Shown here piece by piece: positions 1 through 15,500 of a stretch of DNA of 64,000 bases; position 1 is the first letter of the stretch; every line of letters begins with the position of its first letter. Both the position numbers and the translations under genes were made by a program. The stretch comes from Octopus sinensis (taxonomy: Eukaryota). The stretch is taken from assembly GCF_006345805.1 (NCBI RefSeq), contig NC_043007.1:64914001-64978000 (forward strand). Reading direction: 5' to 3'. The notes under the pieces were generated by a model. That model saw nothing but the letters and a program-made list of their open reading frames with translations. It searched no databases and was not told the origin of the DNA.

Positions 1-1187
1 ATATATATATACACATATAAATAAAACAGTAAGTAGATATATATACATCAATGTCCAGATTTCGGACTACTTTTACACGACCTAAGGGTCACCAAGCACA
101 AAAATGTTCACACATTTTCTTCCTTTTTGACATCATAATCCTCTCACAGTTGTAAAAAAAGATCAAAACCGCTTATCATTTTCCTATTTTTGTCTTTTCT
201 TTCGTTTTCCGGGAACGGAGAGAAATTTTCTTTGAGGGATTTTCTGGTTCAAGTTATTGTAGATAACAATTTCCAATGGCAGAGAAATGCTTCATATAAT
301 GAAGACTTCATGCCCACTTCACGTATTTAGGTTGTTCTTGACTGTTTGTTTGAGTAGTTTCCTTCAGCTTCCTTTCTGCAAAATTTGACTTACTTAATAA
401 ATTGACTCCTGAAAGGAAGGCTTACTATTTAAAGAGCTTAGTCGGGCCCTCTTCTCGTCAATCCATTGAAATGTATCATACTTATCCTTCTGTGCTGGTA
501 GAAACCCGTTTTCCTGTGGTCGTGACCCGTCGCATTGTGGCGTATCTGCAACCATACGCTAGTACAGTAAGCCAGCACTCAGAGCAGCGGGAGATTTTAG
601 ATGCCCGGATTAAGAAACGAAAACGAGGCTCCAGCATAAGGCATATATAGCTGGCAGCCGATAATGATGATTTGCTATGGTAGCATTAACGTAAGAAGTG
701 TGCAGTTGATGTGGTTGTTATTTTAACTAACAGTGACACAAATCAAAAGATGTCTAATACACAACATTTGGATATCAGAAGTCGATGCAAACATTAAAAA
801 ATAATTAAAACTAAAGAAAGTTTCTTCATTATTTAATACATGGTCACATACAGAAATTTTGAATCATCCTCTATCAATTTCTCTTTAATTACATTTATTG
901 CATTCATTATTCGAATGAGAAAAGTCACAAACGGATTTATGTCGTGTATTACTTGGAAAGTATTAACAGTAGTCTTTTAACAATATTATTCTATAAATAG
1001 TAACGTCTTCAAACTTGGAGTCGAATATTCCACCCATACCATATCATGATACCAAAAGAAAAGAATATAGCAAATAAACAAATTAAATGCTTATTTATTC
1101 TGGAATTAATAGCACAACATACATATATTACATACAAAATCACTGTCAACTTACACACACACACACGCGCGCGCGCACGCACACACG

Positions 1188-1218
<31 letters not shown>

Positions 1219-1653
1219 TCACATACGCACACACACACATGCATACAGACATACATACGTACACGCACTCACACACATATATACAGATATACATACGCAC
1301 AGGCACACACACATGCATACAAATATATTTACATGTACGCGCGCGCACACACGCAGATATATATACACATGTACACTATATACAAGATGATAATACGTAT
1401 GGGAAACGGAAAGAGTACGTATGCCTTCTTTCATGCATAATTTCTGGCATATATACTGTATTCAAATTAATATATATATATATAGACAAATATTATATAT
1501 TATACACGCACACATACACACACGTATATGCATACATATATATAGAGAGAGAGGTGTCGTAAAGACTAGACTTTATGTATATGTTACATGTATGTAAAAT
1601 ATATTTCATTTGATAGATATGTATATCAATTTATCCATGTACATGTGCCACTA

Positions 1654-1755
<102 letters not shown>

Positions 1756-2034
1756 CTGTCTGTGTGCCTATATATCTATTTATCTATCTGTCAATACGTA
1801 ATGTATATATTACAAATTAGGGAACAACAAGTGAGTTACAAATGAGACAACAACAAAAGAAATTGCATTAGTTTGAGGCTCAGGATATATGGCTAACCCT
1901 GCGACGGAGTAGCCTTCTGATTAGAAGAGGAATTTGGTCTACTCGCCTAGCCAGCGGGGTGGCATCATTCGAAATTAAAATGATTAGTGTCTGTGTGTAT
2001 ATATAAACGTATCTATATATGTATATACGTATAA

Positions 2035-2114
<80 letters not shown>

Positions 2115-2126
2115 TATATATATGTA

Positions 2127-2165
<39 letters not shown>

Positions 2166-2201
2166 TGTGTGTGTGGTGCGTACATATACATATAAACGAT
2201 G

Positions 2202-2233
<32 letters not shown>

Positions 2234-2320
2234 TATATACATAGTTTCTAGTATGTATTTGTTTATTAAACATGTATGCATATACGCATGTCTCTATACG
2301 TTTATGTGTGCGCGGGTGTG

Positions 2321-2372
<52 letters not shown>

Positions 2373-2710
2373 GTACATGTTTTTAAATGAATAAATATAT
2401 AAATAAATATATAAATATATACAGACACACACCGGACATACACAACTGCTAGCACTCGCACACACAAACACTGTTATCAATATATAAATGGAAATACATG
2501 TATGCCTGTGTATGTGAGCTTATGTACATTCACACACACACACTCTCGCATATATTATATCGATATAAATGTATGCAAGCAGTTATGTATGTATGTAAAT
2601 ATGTACATACACAGACAGGTGATGAGGAGCATTGTTAGTAACAGGTTTTCAATAAACTCATCACGAGTTCTCTCCATTTTTACGTATTTGATACAGAGGA
2701 AATATCATTC

Positions 2711-2833
<123 letters not shown>

Positions 2834-2926
2834 TGTATGTATGTATGTATGTATGAAACGTATGTATGTATGTATGTATATATATATATATCTGTAAATA
2901 TATACATATATATATGTTGTGTTAGA

Positions 2927-2983
<57 letters not shown>

Positions 2984-3046
2984 GTGTGTGTGGTGTCAGC
3001 ATGGCCACAGCCTCAGGGCCGAAGCATATAAAAGAATAGAAGAATA

Positions 3047-3077
<31 letters not shown>

Positions 3078-3299
3078 CGTATGTTCTGTACGCATATAGA
3101 TAAATACATACGTACAAACATAGAAATTACACAAACGCACACGCACACACAAACATACACACACACGCACGCACATATACATACATAACACATACACACA
3201 CACGCGCGCACATATATATGTATGTTGTTAGATACACGCTAATGCATATTATACATGCAATGTACCACACTACAGCTTCCATACAGCACACTTCTCAGA

Positions 3300-3490
3300 A
3301 GGTACTGATCAAGACGAGGCTATGCTAGAAGGAATATTCCAAAGTAGAATTGTAGCGTACTTGGTTACAGATATCCAAAGAACCAATGACTGGTTCACTG
3401 CAGTTCCGAATACCAAAAGTGACCTGGGATGTGTTTGTCTAGCACGGTGTGTGCAGAGCAAACATCCATATGGGAATTCGGTCAGAAGAT
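3300..3490 (+). mobile_element. Possible RTE-type LINE ORF2 fragment (post-RT region)
   Basis: Frame-broken FRIPKVTWDVFV*HGVCRANI resembles the RTE motif LR.I..I.W.D.V.N.EVL.RA. Confidence 0.4.
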
Positions 3491-3511
3491 TTTATATCCG
3501 CGAAAGTTACA

Positions 3512-3549
<38 letters not shown>

Positions 3550-3589
3550 TCTTTTTCTAAATTATTGCATTACCATCATACGGGAGCTC

Positions 3590-3733
3590 CGAAGTGAAGA
3601 ATTTAGTTCATCGAATCGACCCAGTTAGTAATTCTATCGGTCTTTTTGGGCTAGACCGCTAGCTTACGGAGACGTAAACAGCCAATTCCAGTTGTCATGC
3701 GATGGTGGCGGAGATAAGCATGCACGCGCGCAC

Positions 3734-3789
<56 letters not shown>

Positions 3790-3925
3790 CCTGTGACAGG
3801 TTTCTTCCGTTTTCAGCCAAACTTACTCACAAGATGGACCAACGTGCCACGAATAGGACTGAACCTGTAACCACGTGGCTGAGAAGCAAAGTTCTTCCCA
3901 CACAGCCACGCTGCGCCTCTATCCC
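3590..3925 (-). mobile_element. Decayed tRNA-derived SINE (same family as 53955-54368) with internal (CA)n
   Basis: Collinear similarity to the 54 kb copy (ctatcggtctttt, ccgcta, cactcacaag, ggactgaacc, ccacacagccac). Confidence 0.75.
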
Positions 3926-4429
3926 TACCTCTCTTTCCCTCTCCCCCTCTTTCTCTCTCTATATATAAGACTGTGTGTGTGTGTGTGTGTTTGCGTGCGT
4001 GCACCTGTGTGTGTTTGCGTGCGTGCACCTGTGTGTGCATGTGCAGATACATGCTTATATGTAGGTGTGTGTGCATTTCATGCTTTCGGGTACGAGGAAA
4101 TAGGTACCAGTTGAGCAGCGGGCTCAAAGTGATCGATTTACCCATCCATCAAAATTGCTGGCCATTTGCCAAATTTTGAAAATTTCAAACTGATATTTAT
4201 ATAGGTACAATATTACTTAGAATATTATAATTTTATATATATAAAATATCATAAATATTTATATATATAATTAAAATATTGTAAGTATATGCATATAATA
4301 TTGTACATATATAAATATCAGCTTCAAATTCTCAAATTTTGGGAAAAGACCAGCAACTTCGATGGGGAGGCAGCGCTCAACTGGTACCTTTTGTTATCGA
4401 ACCCGAAATGGTGAAATGCCTACACATGC

Positions 4430-4519
<90 letters not shown>

Positions 4520-4549
4520 ACACACATGTACACACTTATACTAGCTCAT

Positions 4550-4995
4550 GGCTATGTCGTTAAGAAGCTCACTTTTTACCCACATGTGTCTCAGTTCGAT
4601 TCCACCACACGGCGCGTTAGGTATCTTCTACTATAAACACGGGCCAACTAAAGCCTCAAGATTGAATTTGTAAGACATTAACTGAGTCATTTATGTGTGT
4701 GTGTGTGTTGTGTTTGTGTGAGTGTATGTGTGTCTCTATGTCTGTGTATATATATATATATGTGTATATATATATATGTGCGTGTGTGTGTGTGCGTGTG
4801 TGTGTACGCATCTGTGTCCTTGTGTTTATGTTTGCTCCACTCTCTCGGCTTGACAACTGGTGTTGGTTTCCTTATGTCCTTGTGACATAGCAGTTGAACA
4901 ACAGGCCAGTAGCATAACTAACAGACTTAAAATAATCAGTTGATTTGTTCGACCAAACCTCCAAGGTCGTGACCCAGTATGACTGCAGTCCACTG
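4550..4995 (+). mobile_element. Decayed tRNA-derived SINE (54 kb family), plus strand, with expanded internal microsatellite
   Basis: Degenerate head (tggctatgtcg, agttcgattcc), body ttgacaactggtgttggttt, tail ccccagtatgactgcagtcc-like segment. Confidence 0.7.
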
Positions 4996-5027
4996 ATTGA
5001 AACAAGTGTATGATATAAGATACTTAC

Positions 5028-5107
<80 letters not shown>

Positions 5108-5121
5108 TATCTATTTATCTA

Positions 5122-5172
<51 letters not shown>

Positions 5173-5389
5173 TTATCTATATGTCTGTCTGTCGGTATGT
5201 ATGTATGTCTGCCTGTCTGTCTGTCTCTATGCCTGCCTGTCTGTCTGTCAGTCTGTCTATCTAATATATTATATTGTATTTCAGGAAGGTCATTTTTTTG
5301 TTGCACAAATATGTTATATAAATATATGTGATATACATATATGTGTGTGTGTGTGTGTGAGAGAGTGCGTGTGTGTGTATGTGAAGATG

Positions 5390-5660
5390 TTTGGCTTAGT
5401 AGGTAGTGTGTTGCACTCATATTCATTTGATCGTGGGTTCGAATCGCAGACCCAGCAACGTGTTGTGTCCTTGAGCAAAACACTTCATTTCACTTTGCTT
5501 CAGTCCACTTAGCTGTTAATGGGCAACTCTGCGACTGAGTAGCCTCCCAACCAGAAGGAAATATTGTCCTGTTCACCTACCCAGCAGTGTAGCATCAATC
5601 GAACGCTAAAACGATGCATAGCACATTGCAATCAGTGATAACAACATCCGATAGTCTAGT
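5390..5660 (+). mobile_element. tRNA-derived SINE
   Basis: A box tggcttagtagg, B box gggttcgaatc, core ttgtgtccttgagcaaaacacttcatttcac shared with 32.33 kb and 58.85 kb copies. Confidence 0.8.
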
Positions 5661-5713
5661 TGAATCACGTGATCACGTGAGATTGTACATATATAATATA
5701 TATATACATAGAA

Positions 5714-5751
<38 letters not shown>

Positions 5752-5923
5752 TATATATAGTTAAATAAATATATATATGTGTGTGTGTGTGTGTGGACAC
5801 ACATATTCACATTAACACACACAAACACACTACCCACACAAAATACATATATACTTTTACAGTCGCCTCGCTTGACCGCTAAATCTACAGGTTTTCTTCA
5901 TTCTCTCAGTTTTTCCTCTTAAT

Positions 5924-5960
5924 TTTTTTCGTTGAAGAGCGTAGGCTCGAAACGTAAAAT
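5924..5960 (+). ncRNA. Degenerate minimal hammerhead-like motif in a putative PLE terminal repeat
   Basis: GAGC-gtag-GCTC stem II, GAAA, loopless palindromic stem III ACGT, GUA triplet; 5' core mutated (UCGUUGA instead of CUGANGA). Confidence 0.4.
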
Positions 5961-6088
5961 ACTTTTTCAATTTTCATTTTCTCGAGCGTCAAACTAATAC
6001 ACCTGCCTGTACATCTGTCTTCGTCTTCTGTTTTTTGATAAATTTCCTCTACTTATGCACACACACACACACGCACACATGCACACAT

Positions 6089-6161
<73 letters not shown>

Positions 6162-6177
6162 AGTGTGTGTGTGTATG

Positions 6178-6556
6178 TGAGGAGCAATTACCCAGTGGTT
6201 ATTGGCAGCGGACTCGCTGTCATAAGGTCGCGGTTTCGATTCCCAGACCGGGCGTTGTGAGTGTTTATTGAGCGAAAACACCTAAAGCTCCACGAGGTTC
6301 CAGCAGTGGGTGGTGGCGAACCTTACTGTATTCTTTCACCAGAACTTTCTCTCACTCTTTCTTCCTGTTTCTGTTGTACCTGTATTTCAAAGGGCAGCCT
6401 TGTCACACTCTATATCACGCTGAATCTTCCCGATAACTACGTTAAGGGTACACGTGGCTGTGGAGCCTCAGCCACTTGCACGTTAATTTCAGGGGCAGGC
6501 TGTACCGCTGATCTTATCAACTGGAACCCTCGTCATCATAAGTGACGGAATACCAC
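6178..6556 (+). mobile_element. Near full-length tRNA-derived SINE
   Basis: Pol III A/B boxes (cccagtggttattgg, ggtttcgattccc); 3' body recurs inverted at about 58670-58800. Confidence 0.8.
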
Positions 6557-6569
6557 GATATATATATGT

Positions 6570-6637
<68 letters not shown>

Positions 6638-6771
6638 CACAACTCACACACAAACATGACAGAAATAACACCCCATAAAACATCGTTTTATGTTTATTCT
6701 AACTTGTAAAGCTTTATTTTTTTATTAATTGACATTTTTATGTTTCAGGTTCTATATGTGACTGCTTAATC

Positions 6772-7755
6772 ATGTCATGTACAAAAGAAGCCTTGCAACT
6801 GTCAGAATTTCAAAGGGGCCATATTGTGGGACAATCTGAAGGTAGACATAGTCAGCGTAAAATCGTAAAAAATCTTGGGATCCTGCTTTCTACAGTTAAT
6901 AGAGTGATGATTGTGCAATTCACCCAAGAGGGGAATAAGTCCACATCACATCGCCCTGGTTGACCAGGCTTCTCTGACAGGACACTTCTTTTAACAAAGA
7001 TAATCTTCGTTGCAAGGCTTCTGACATAGCAGAACAGGTTGATGTCAGACGCACAACAACTGTCAGGTATCTCTGGACACTTGGTTACTATGGCAGAGCA
7101 TCAAGAAAGAAGCCACTTCTTTGACCAGCCAATATCAAACTGGGAAAAGATTGGGCCAGTGAGATGGTGGAGATGCCACTAGCATTTTGGGACACTGTTA
7201 TATTCTCCAATGAGTCCAGATTTACTGTATATTTTACAGTGGTCGAGTGTGGATCTAGAAACACTGTGATTAAGAATCTGATGTGAAAAGATTGCAGCCA
7301 ACAATGAAACATGACAGCTATTCTGTAATGCTCTGGGGAGTAATTTGGAGCAATGGTCAAGCAGAGCTGGTGGAGTGTGATGGAAACATAAACTCAGATA
7401 TGGCAGAAAGGACTCCTTCCAATCTTCTCCTGTGGTGAAATGATTAAGAAGATTCTTTATTTGTGGAAGATGGAGCTCCTTGTCACACGGCTAAAGTGTT
7501 GGATGAGAATGGCATTAAAAAACTTCCATGGCCAAGACAGTCACCAGATATGAAACCTATTGAACAGCTCTAGGGCATAATGGACAGGACAATTCATAAA
7601 AAGAACAAGAAAGCATTTTCAAAGCCAGATCTTTTGAAATTACTGCATGAAACTTGGCAAGAAATTTCTCAAGAGAATATTCGTCTTCTGATCAGTAACA
7701 TGTATAATAGGGTGCTGGCATTGAAAAACGCAAAGGGCATGAGTACTAACTATTA
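6772..7755 (+). mobile_element. Tc1-family DD34E transposase pseudogene
   Basis: HTH start [20 protein letters not shown]; FWDTVIFSNESRF; VMLWG; EDGAPCH; WPRQSPDMKPIEQL; frameshifts and stops; TIRs not resolved. Confidence 0.9.
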
Positions 7756-7829
7756 AATATTCACATTATAATATTTAATAAATAATTTGAATGTATAATT
7801 TCAGACCACAACTAGCGGGATGGATCATG

Positions 7830-8260
7830 AAATCATTCCGCATAAGAGAGCAAGAAACAAGCATTTGTTCTCAGCCGTCTGGATTAATGCTCACAACAAT
7901 CGTGGCAAACAGTACAAAATAATCAGCATATCGAGAGATAATAAAAACGAAGCTTCACGTGGACGATCGCCCCAGTCCAACAGCTAACCTACTGGGACAG
8001 ATTGAAAGCGTTAAAAATCTCGTCAGTGGGGAGAAGACGGCAAAAATATTCATTGATCAACATATGGAAGATTCTTGAAGGAACAGTGGCAAACTTTGTT
8101 GTTGAGAGCTATAGCAAATCCCTAACCGGTTCCCACGACATAACATCGAACTTCTAACCACCCCCATCAAGATAACGGATCACATACTACAATAGCTTAC
8201 TTTAAGGGCCCACGTCATTTCAGTAGTGTCAAAGAAAGAGTAATCTAAACGGAAATCATG
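7830..8260 (+). mobile_element. CR1-group LINE ORF2 C-terminal fragment
   Basis: VLSRLD*CSQ and YWDRLKALKISS..GRRRQK..IWKILEG motifs. Confidence 0.75.
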
Positions 8261-8494
8261 TATATGTATTCAAGAAGTACAGAGATATTCTACTGTCTGC
8301 AATCCCAGACAAACCAACGTCAGGTAGCGAAATCAAACTCATACATACACACATGCATACATACATACATACATACATACATACATACATACATACATAC
8401 ATACATACATAAATGTGTGTATGTATTATATATGAATATATACATATATATGTTATATAATAATAATATTAGGGAGTAAATCCAAACTTACAGG

Positions 8495-8685
8495 GAAAAA
8501 TTCGATTTAGGATTAAATCCAATTTTACAGTATAAATATATAAATTAAATTAGAGATAAAACCACAGCGTTTGATTTGCCTAGTGGTTTTATCTCTATTT
8601 TAATATATATATATATGTGTGTGTGTGCGTGTGTGTAAACATACATGCATACATACATACATACATACATGCATACATACATACA

Positions 8686-8723
<38 letters not shown>

Positions 8724-8835
8724 AAACCTTTACATAAATAAATAACATGAAATACACGAAGGGACGAACAAAAAGACAAACGGGTCATTCAAAGCCTTCA
8801 TTCTTCAGTCAGAAACTGATCCCACATCGCAGATT

Positions 8836-8850
<15 letters not shown>
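8495..8850. repeat. Fragment of an interspersed repeat end shared with 24105-24210 (probable PLE terminus), locally inverted
   Basis: atttaggattaaatccaatttta.agtataaat and ttaaattagagataaa(a)ccac occur at both loci. Confidence 0.55.
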
Positions 8851-9919
<1,069 letters not shown>

Positions 9920-9988
9920 GGAGTAAACACATAAATGTAAAACAAGGTGGAAAAAAGAGTACTCAAATACCAGTGGTAGAGTAATATG

Positions 9989-10260
<272 letters not shown>

Positions 10261-11367
10261 CATATATATATACGACAGCGTATCCGATACACCGTCCTTT
10301 CTGTATTGTCTACTGTCTTTTGCTCTTCCACTTATTTCTTGCAGCCCTCGCTTACTCTTACCATTGTCCACTCAATGTTACTCTTTCCATTCACTCTGTG
10401 CTTACCTTCATACTCTTACTACTGTTACACACCCATCCTGGATCTTGTTTTATTACTATCTCTTCACGTCGCTCGTGCGGTCATTGCCAAAAAGTGAACC
10501 AACCATTTATGGACGAGTGAAGTTTATTTAGATTTACCGGTACCAAGACAATCTCATTAGCGTTTGTGCCATGATAAAAATGCACCGTTCAGTGGTTGAC
10601 AAACTAATGAAAATAAAGTAGGATAGGGAGGACTCTAATATTGTCGAGAGTAAGAAAGCATCTATAGTGTTGGTGTCACGACAAAATACTCTTTGAAGTA
10701 GTTCGCGATAGGAAGAACATCCTGGCATAGAATCCGAGTTAAAAATGAAATATATTAGCAAGATGTTAATCTGCAATTTGTTTAGGAAAACAGTAACTCG
10801 GAAGAAGACCAATTTACATACATTATTTACATTATTTACATTTGACGGATATTTGTCCTCATCTATACAAAAGTATTTTACATATTACACACGCTCACAC
10901 GCACACACATACACACACACAAACACACTTCACACACACACATACACACACACGCACACACACAGACACACTCCCACACACACGTTTGTAGGTATAATGG
11001 TCGTTATCATGTCGCTATCCGAAGTCTATTACCATTATATCCTAAAAACCCGTAACATGGAATTATCTGTGTAATAACACGAATTTTCTTTCCGGATGTC
11101 TGTTCACAAGTGTGCTTGAATATATAGTGTTGTAAGTCATTATATACCGTACACGTTAATAGGCAATTTATAAACCTTTTCTTCCTGTCTTCTTCTGTAT
11201 TAGGTATATATAATACTAAACATTGAATAATGTTTGGACTGAGATCCCGTTGACACGTCACTAGTATGTCATTATAGTTACTTCATTTCAATGTGCTAAT
11301 TTAGGAGGCCAGAAGTTGCGATGTTACAACTTTTCTTCTCTCTCACTCTCTCTGTCTCTCTTTCTCT

Positions 11368-11398
<31 letters not shown>

Positions 11399-11399
11399 C

Positions 11400-11509
<110 letters not shown>

Positions 11510-12539
11510 ATAAATATATATACATGAATGTATGCTAGGTCGCTGTATTCAAGCGCTTAATCAACCACATCGATACGATATATATATATATATATTTCTG
11601 TCTTCTATTTAACTTATCGAGCCGAAATGGTTGACATGCTTTCTTACTGGACATAAAATGATATTCACACAATTGCAACTGTTTTTTTAAAAACCATAGC
11701 TGTTTATGTAGGCGGACTTACGCATATCACATAAATACAATTGTAAAAAGGTTTCTGAACAATTTCCTTTTTACCAATCTCAAGGCACTGGACAAATTGA
11801 AGCTGATATAGAAGATGCCCCGTAGCGAAATCGAATCTACAACCACATGCTTGCAAGGCGTAGTTCTTTTTCGACCAATATATATGAGGTATATATAATT
11901 CATTGAACGACTGAATGAATGGATGTCTGCATGCATGTATGTATGCATGTCAGATTGCTCTTAGTGCTATGTGGTAACGTAGCTCTGTACAACCTATCTC
12001 AGTCAGGCTATCGGCGACTAAACAGGCAAATCTACCTAGCCTGCTTGGTAAGGAGGGTGTTTTTATTGGACACACTACAGGACAAAAAGCAAAATTTCTT
12101 AAAGGGCAGATGAACTTAGTTGAGTCAAGTCGTCCAACTGTATGCATGTGTGCTTTTACACAAGGTCAATTAGTAAACTTCAGTGATATCCCTGTGTGAG
12201 TGAGCGACTCCAAGTTTTTGTTTAGACATATCTGTAGAAGGAAAACTATGATGTAACAACTGCAGTTTTGTCTGCATCCAGTGATGTAGACTAGCTCTCT
12301 TTTGGGCGCATGCATGCATTGTTTAGAGAGACCTCTCCTCGCTTGATAATTTTTAAACATTTCTATCAGCATTTCTACTATGTTGCATATTTTGTGTAAC
12401 CGTAGCCAAAAAGGACGAAACATTAAATGGACAAAACATAAAAGTGCAAAAGTTTACGGACTAATGAAAAGAAGGGCTCTAAAATGCATACCGAAAAGGC
12501 CTGTTAGTCATCTTGATACTGTAGAGAGTTCATACCTTT

Positions 12540-15500
12540 GGATATTTGTTGTTGGAATGATCGCACCTTATTACATCATAAATCCTCTACATCAAGCTCC
12601 GAAAGATCAGCTCTTGTAGCAGAAAAATACAGCGTGATAACATAGATGTGGTGGTCCTATATAAAGAGAAACTTTCTGAAGAGCGTCACTCCCTCCACAA
12701 CAATCCGGTAGCTATTTGCTTAATTGGAGTAAGAAAGCAGAGGACCGAAAGAGGGAGGCTGGTGTAGCGTTTGGAGTAAAGAGTCTCATAGTTTCTAGGT
12801 TGGAAGAGACTCCATGTGAATTTAGTGATCGTCTGATAACAAATGAGAATGCCATAGTCAAGCAACAGATTTGTTACCTTAGTGAGTGTCTACACACCAA
12901 CCTTATGTTCCTCTAGCATTTTATCTTTCGCTAAAGGAGATTGTCCATAAGATTCCTTGTACTGATAAAATTGTCTTACTTGCGGACTTCAATGTTAATG
13001 TTGATAAGGATTACCAAACCTGAATGTAATTGGAAAACATAGTCAGAAAATGTAATAGTAGTGGCTTATTACTGCTGCAAATATGTCGGAAGCCGGATTT
13101 GAGCATAGCGAAAGTCGTGTTCCAGCGGAAAGGCAAATGAAAAACAGTCTTTCCTGAATAGATCAAGGCTCTGATCAGTGGTCCATAAATGATTTTGTTC
13201 TTGTTTGTAGGCGTGATATTCGTATTTTTGTGTAGCGTCCGCCTTATGGGGGGAGCTGAATGTCTGACTGACCATCGCCTTGTTCGTGAAACGGTGAAAT
13301 TTGCTATAATACCGAAAGTAAAAGCCAATGGCGTCACCATTGCAAAACAATTGTAACTCGTCTGAAAGATGATGCTATCAAAGATGGGGAAAAGAATGGA
13401 TAACATTCAATTCAATAACTCGTGGTAAGAGTTCAAATGAATCAAATATGGCATTTGCAAAGATGTTTTGTGTATAGTAGATTGAAAACATCGAGACTGG
13501 TTTGATGAAAATGATGAAGAAATTCAGGAATTATTAAATGAAAAGAATGTAGCGCTTACGAGAGTCCTTGATGGAGAACCAGGGTAGCATTAGAATGAAC
13601 CTTTGTACTGGCAGGTGAAGTGTAAGGTACAACATAGGCTTCATGACATACACTTGGTGGAAGAATAAAGAAGGCCAGATCCAATCTGCATCTCATTCCA
13701 GCAATACGAAGTATAACTTGTTACAAGAAATTTATGGGTCATATTCCACTCACATTGTTCCTTCTCGTACTCTGAATGGCAAGGAATTGCTTAGTAGTCC
13801 TAAAGCTAATCTTGCTCGGTGGCGAGGCTACACTAACGAACTAGTAAATAAACCTTCTGCGGTTGAAGAGTTTGCTTGCTTGATTCCTTTATTCCAACAA
13901 AAGACCATATGGCAGAAACGCCTTCTTCGAAGTTAAAATCGCTGTAACAAAGCTAAATGGTGGTAAGTCGCCTAGAATAAATTATCTCTGCGCAGATTTC
14001 TTGAAATGTTGAAATGAAAACCTGCTTCGATGTCTAAAAAACTCCATAAGATTTAGATTCAAGAGAATGTCCCAAATGATTGGGAAAATGCATTGATGGT
14101 GATTCTCAACGAAAGGAAACGGAAAGTTGGAAGGACGACTGACTGTGGGAATTATCATAGAATATATTTTCCTCTATTGTAGACAAGGTGTTGTGTAAGA
14201 TCATGCTGGGCAGATTTCTCAATAGCACCGCTGGTGAGGACCACCCTGAGTCTCAGCGTGGTTTCAGAAATGGCAGGGGGCCAGAAATATGATCTTTTCT
14301 GTTAGACAATTTCAGGAAAAGTGCATTGATCTGAGGATTGGTCTTTATCAAGCCTTTGTTGATCTAACTAAAGCTTTTGATATTGTGGATAAAATTGCCC
14401 CATGATATATTATGAAGCTTGAGTGTCCTGATGAGTTTGTTTCTGTACTTAAAAGTTTCCATGATGGAATGAATGCATGTCTCAGCATGGGTGATAAGCT
14501 CTCTGATAGAAGTTTGGTTGCAATCTCTCTCTATATAAACGGCAGTTTGTCTGTGCGTGTTTCTGTGTGTCTGTCAGGTTGTACCCTCACCCTGACCACG
14601 GCTTTCAACCGATTCTGATGAAACTTGACACACACATAGCCCAATGTCATAATTCAAAACTAACGCAGCCAAAAGTTTGAAAAGTTCCCCCAGTTCTGAA
14701 AAAAATCGATAAATTCGACATGGGGTCGAGAATCAGAAACACGAACCACAAACTGTCTAGGGGACGCAATTCAACCTTTTTTAACCCTCCCCCAAAAATT
14801 TACCATCATTTTTTTGCTATTTTTTGGCTATAACTCTCTAAAAATGCTTTATAGTTATTTCCCTTACAAACCTGAGCAACGCCGGGCGATACTGCTAGTT
14901 ATGGATAAGCAAGAGAATATACCAGCATCAATTCTGCATTGTACTTTGCTATGATTTTCTAGATGGCTTGCATGGGGTCTATATCACATACTGTACAATG
15001 AGTTAGATGTTCAATATATGACGATTTGTTGTAAAAAAAGTTCTCATCACTAATACGCGAATTCCTATATGTTGACAACTGTGATCACTACTAGAGCGAT
15101 ATGTGGTATCATTTGAGCTCTTTCTTGATATAATATAGTGTATTGGGTCTAACAATTTGTCTAAAAATAACAGATGTAATCTAACCGGCACCAGGTAAGC
15201 ATCTTGTGTCAAACATGTACATACAGACAGAAATTGGTGGTTGTGGATAAATTCCTGTATTTAGGCACTACTGTGAATCTAGTGATGAATTTGGAAAATT
15301 GGATACATGTTTATGGCCTCGGCATTTCATTTGAGACACAGTTGGTTTACAGTACATGTGTTATTTCTTCGTTGCTCAATGCTTGTGAGATCTGGGTTAC
15401 ATACTGGAGACATGAAAAGACTGGAATGATTTTACAAACAGTTTCTCCGATCTATATTGGATATTCGATGGCGAATATAAGGGACGTTGAAGTCCCCGAA

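Noticed and set aside
45-650. Possible piggyBac-like transposase remnant, including the 402-650 ORF
   Set aside because: Only vague motif resemblance (FLFDIII, SLRDFLVQ) in conflicting frames; no TTAA/TIR or Cys-rich domain confirmed.
2618-2665. GTGATGAG...CTCATCAC hairpin containing agtaacaggtttt, similar to the 10 kb family
   Set aside because: Match too short and no GAAA; may be chance.
11950-12070. HDV-like ribozyme in the putative RTE 5' UTR (GGCGAC motif)
   Set aside because: I could not build the P1/P2/P3/P1.1 double pseudoknot by eye; needs a descriptor search.
14610-14630. CTGATGAAAC inside the Helitron
   Set aside because: No stems; it is part of the ccgattctgatgaaact Helitron subterminal motif.
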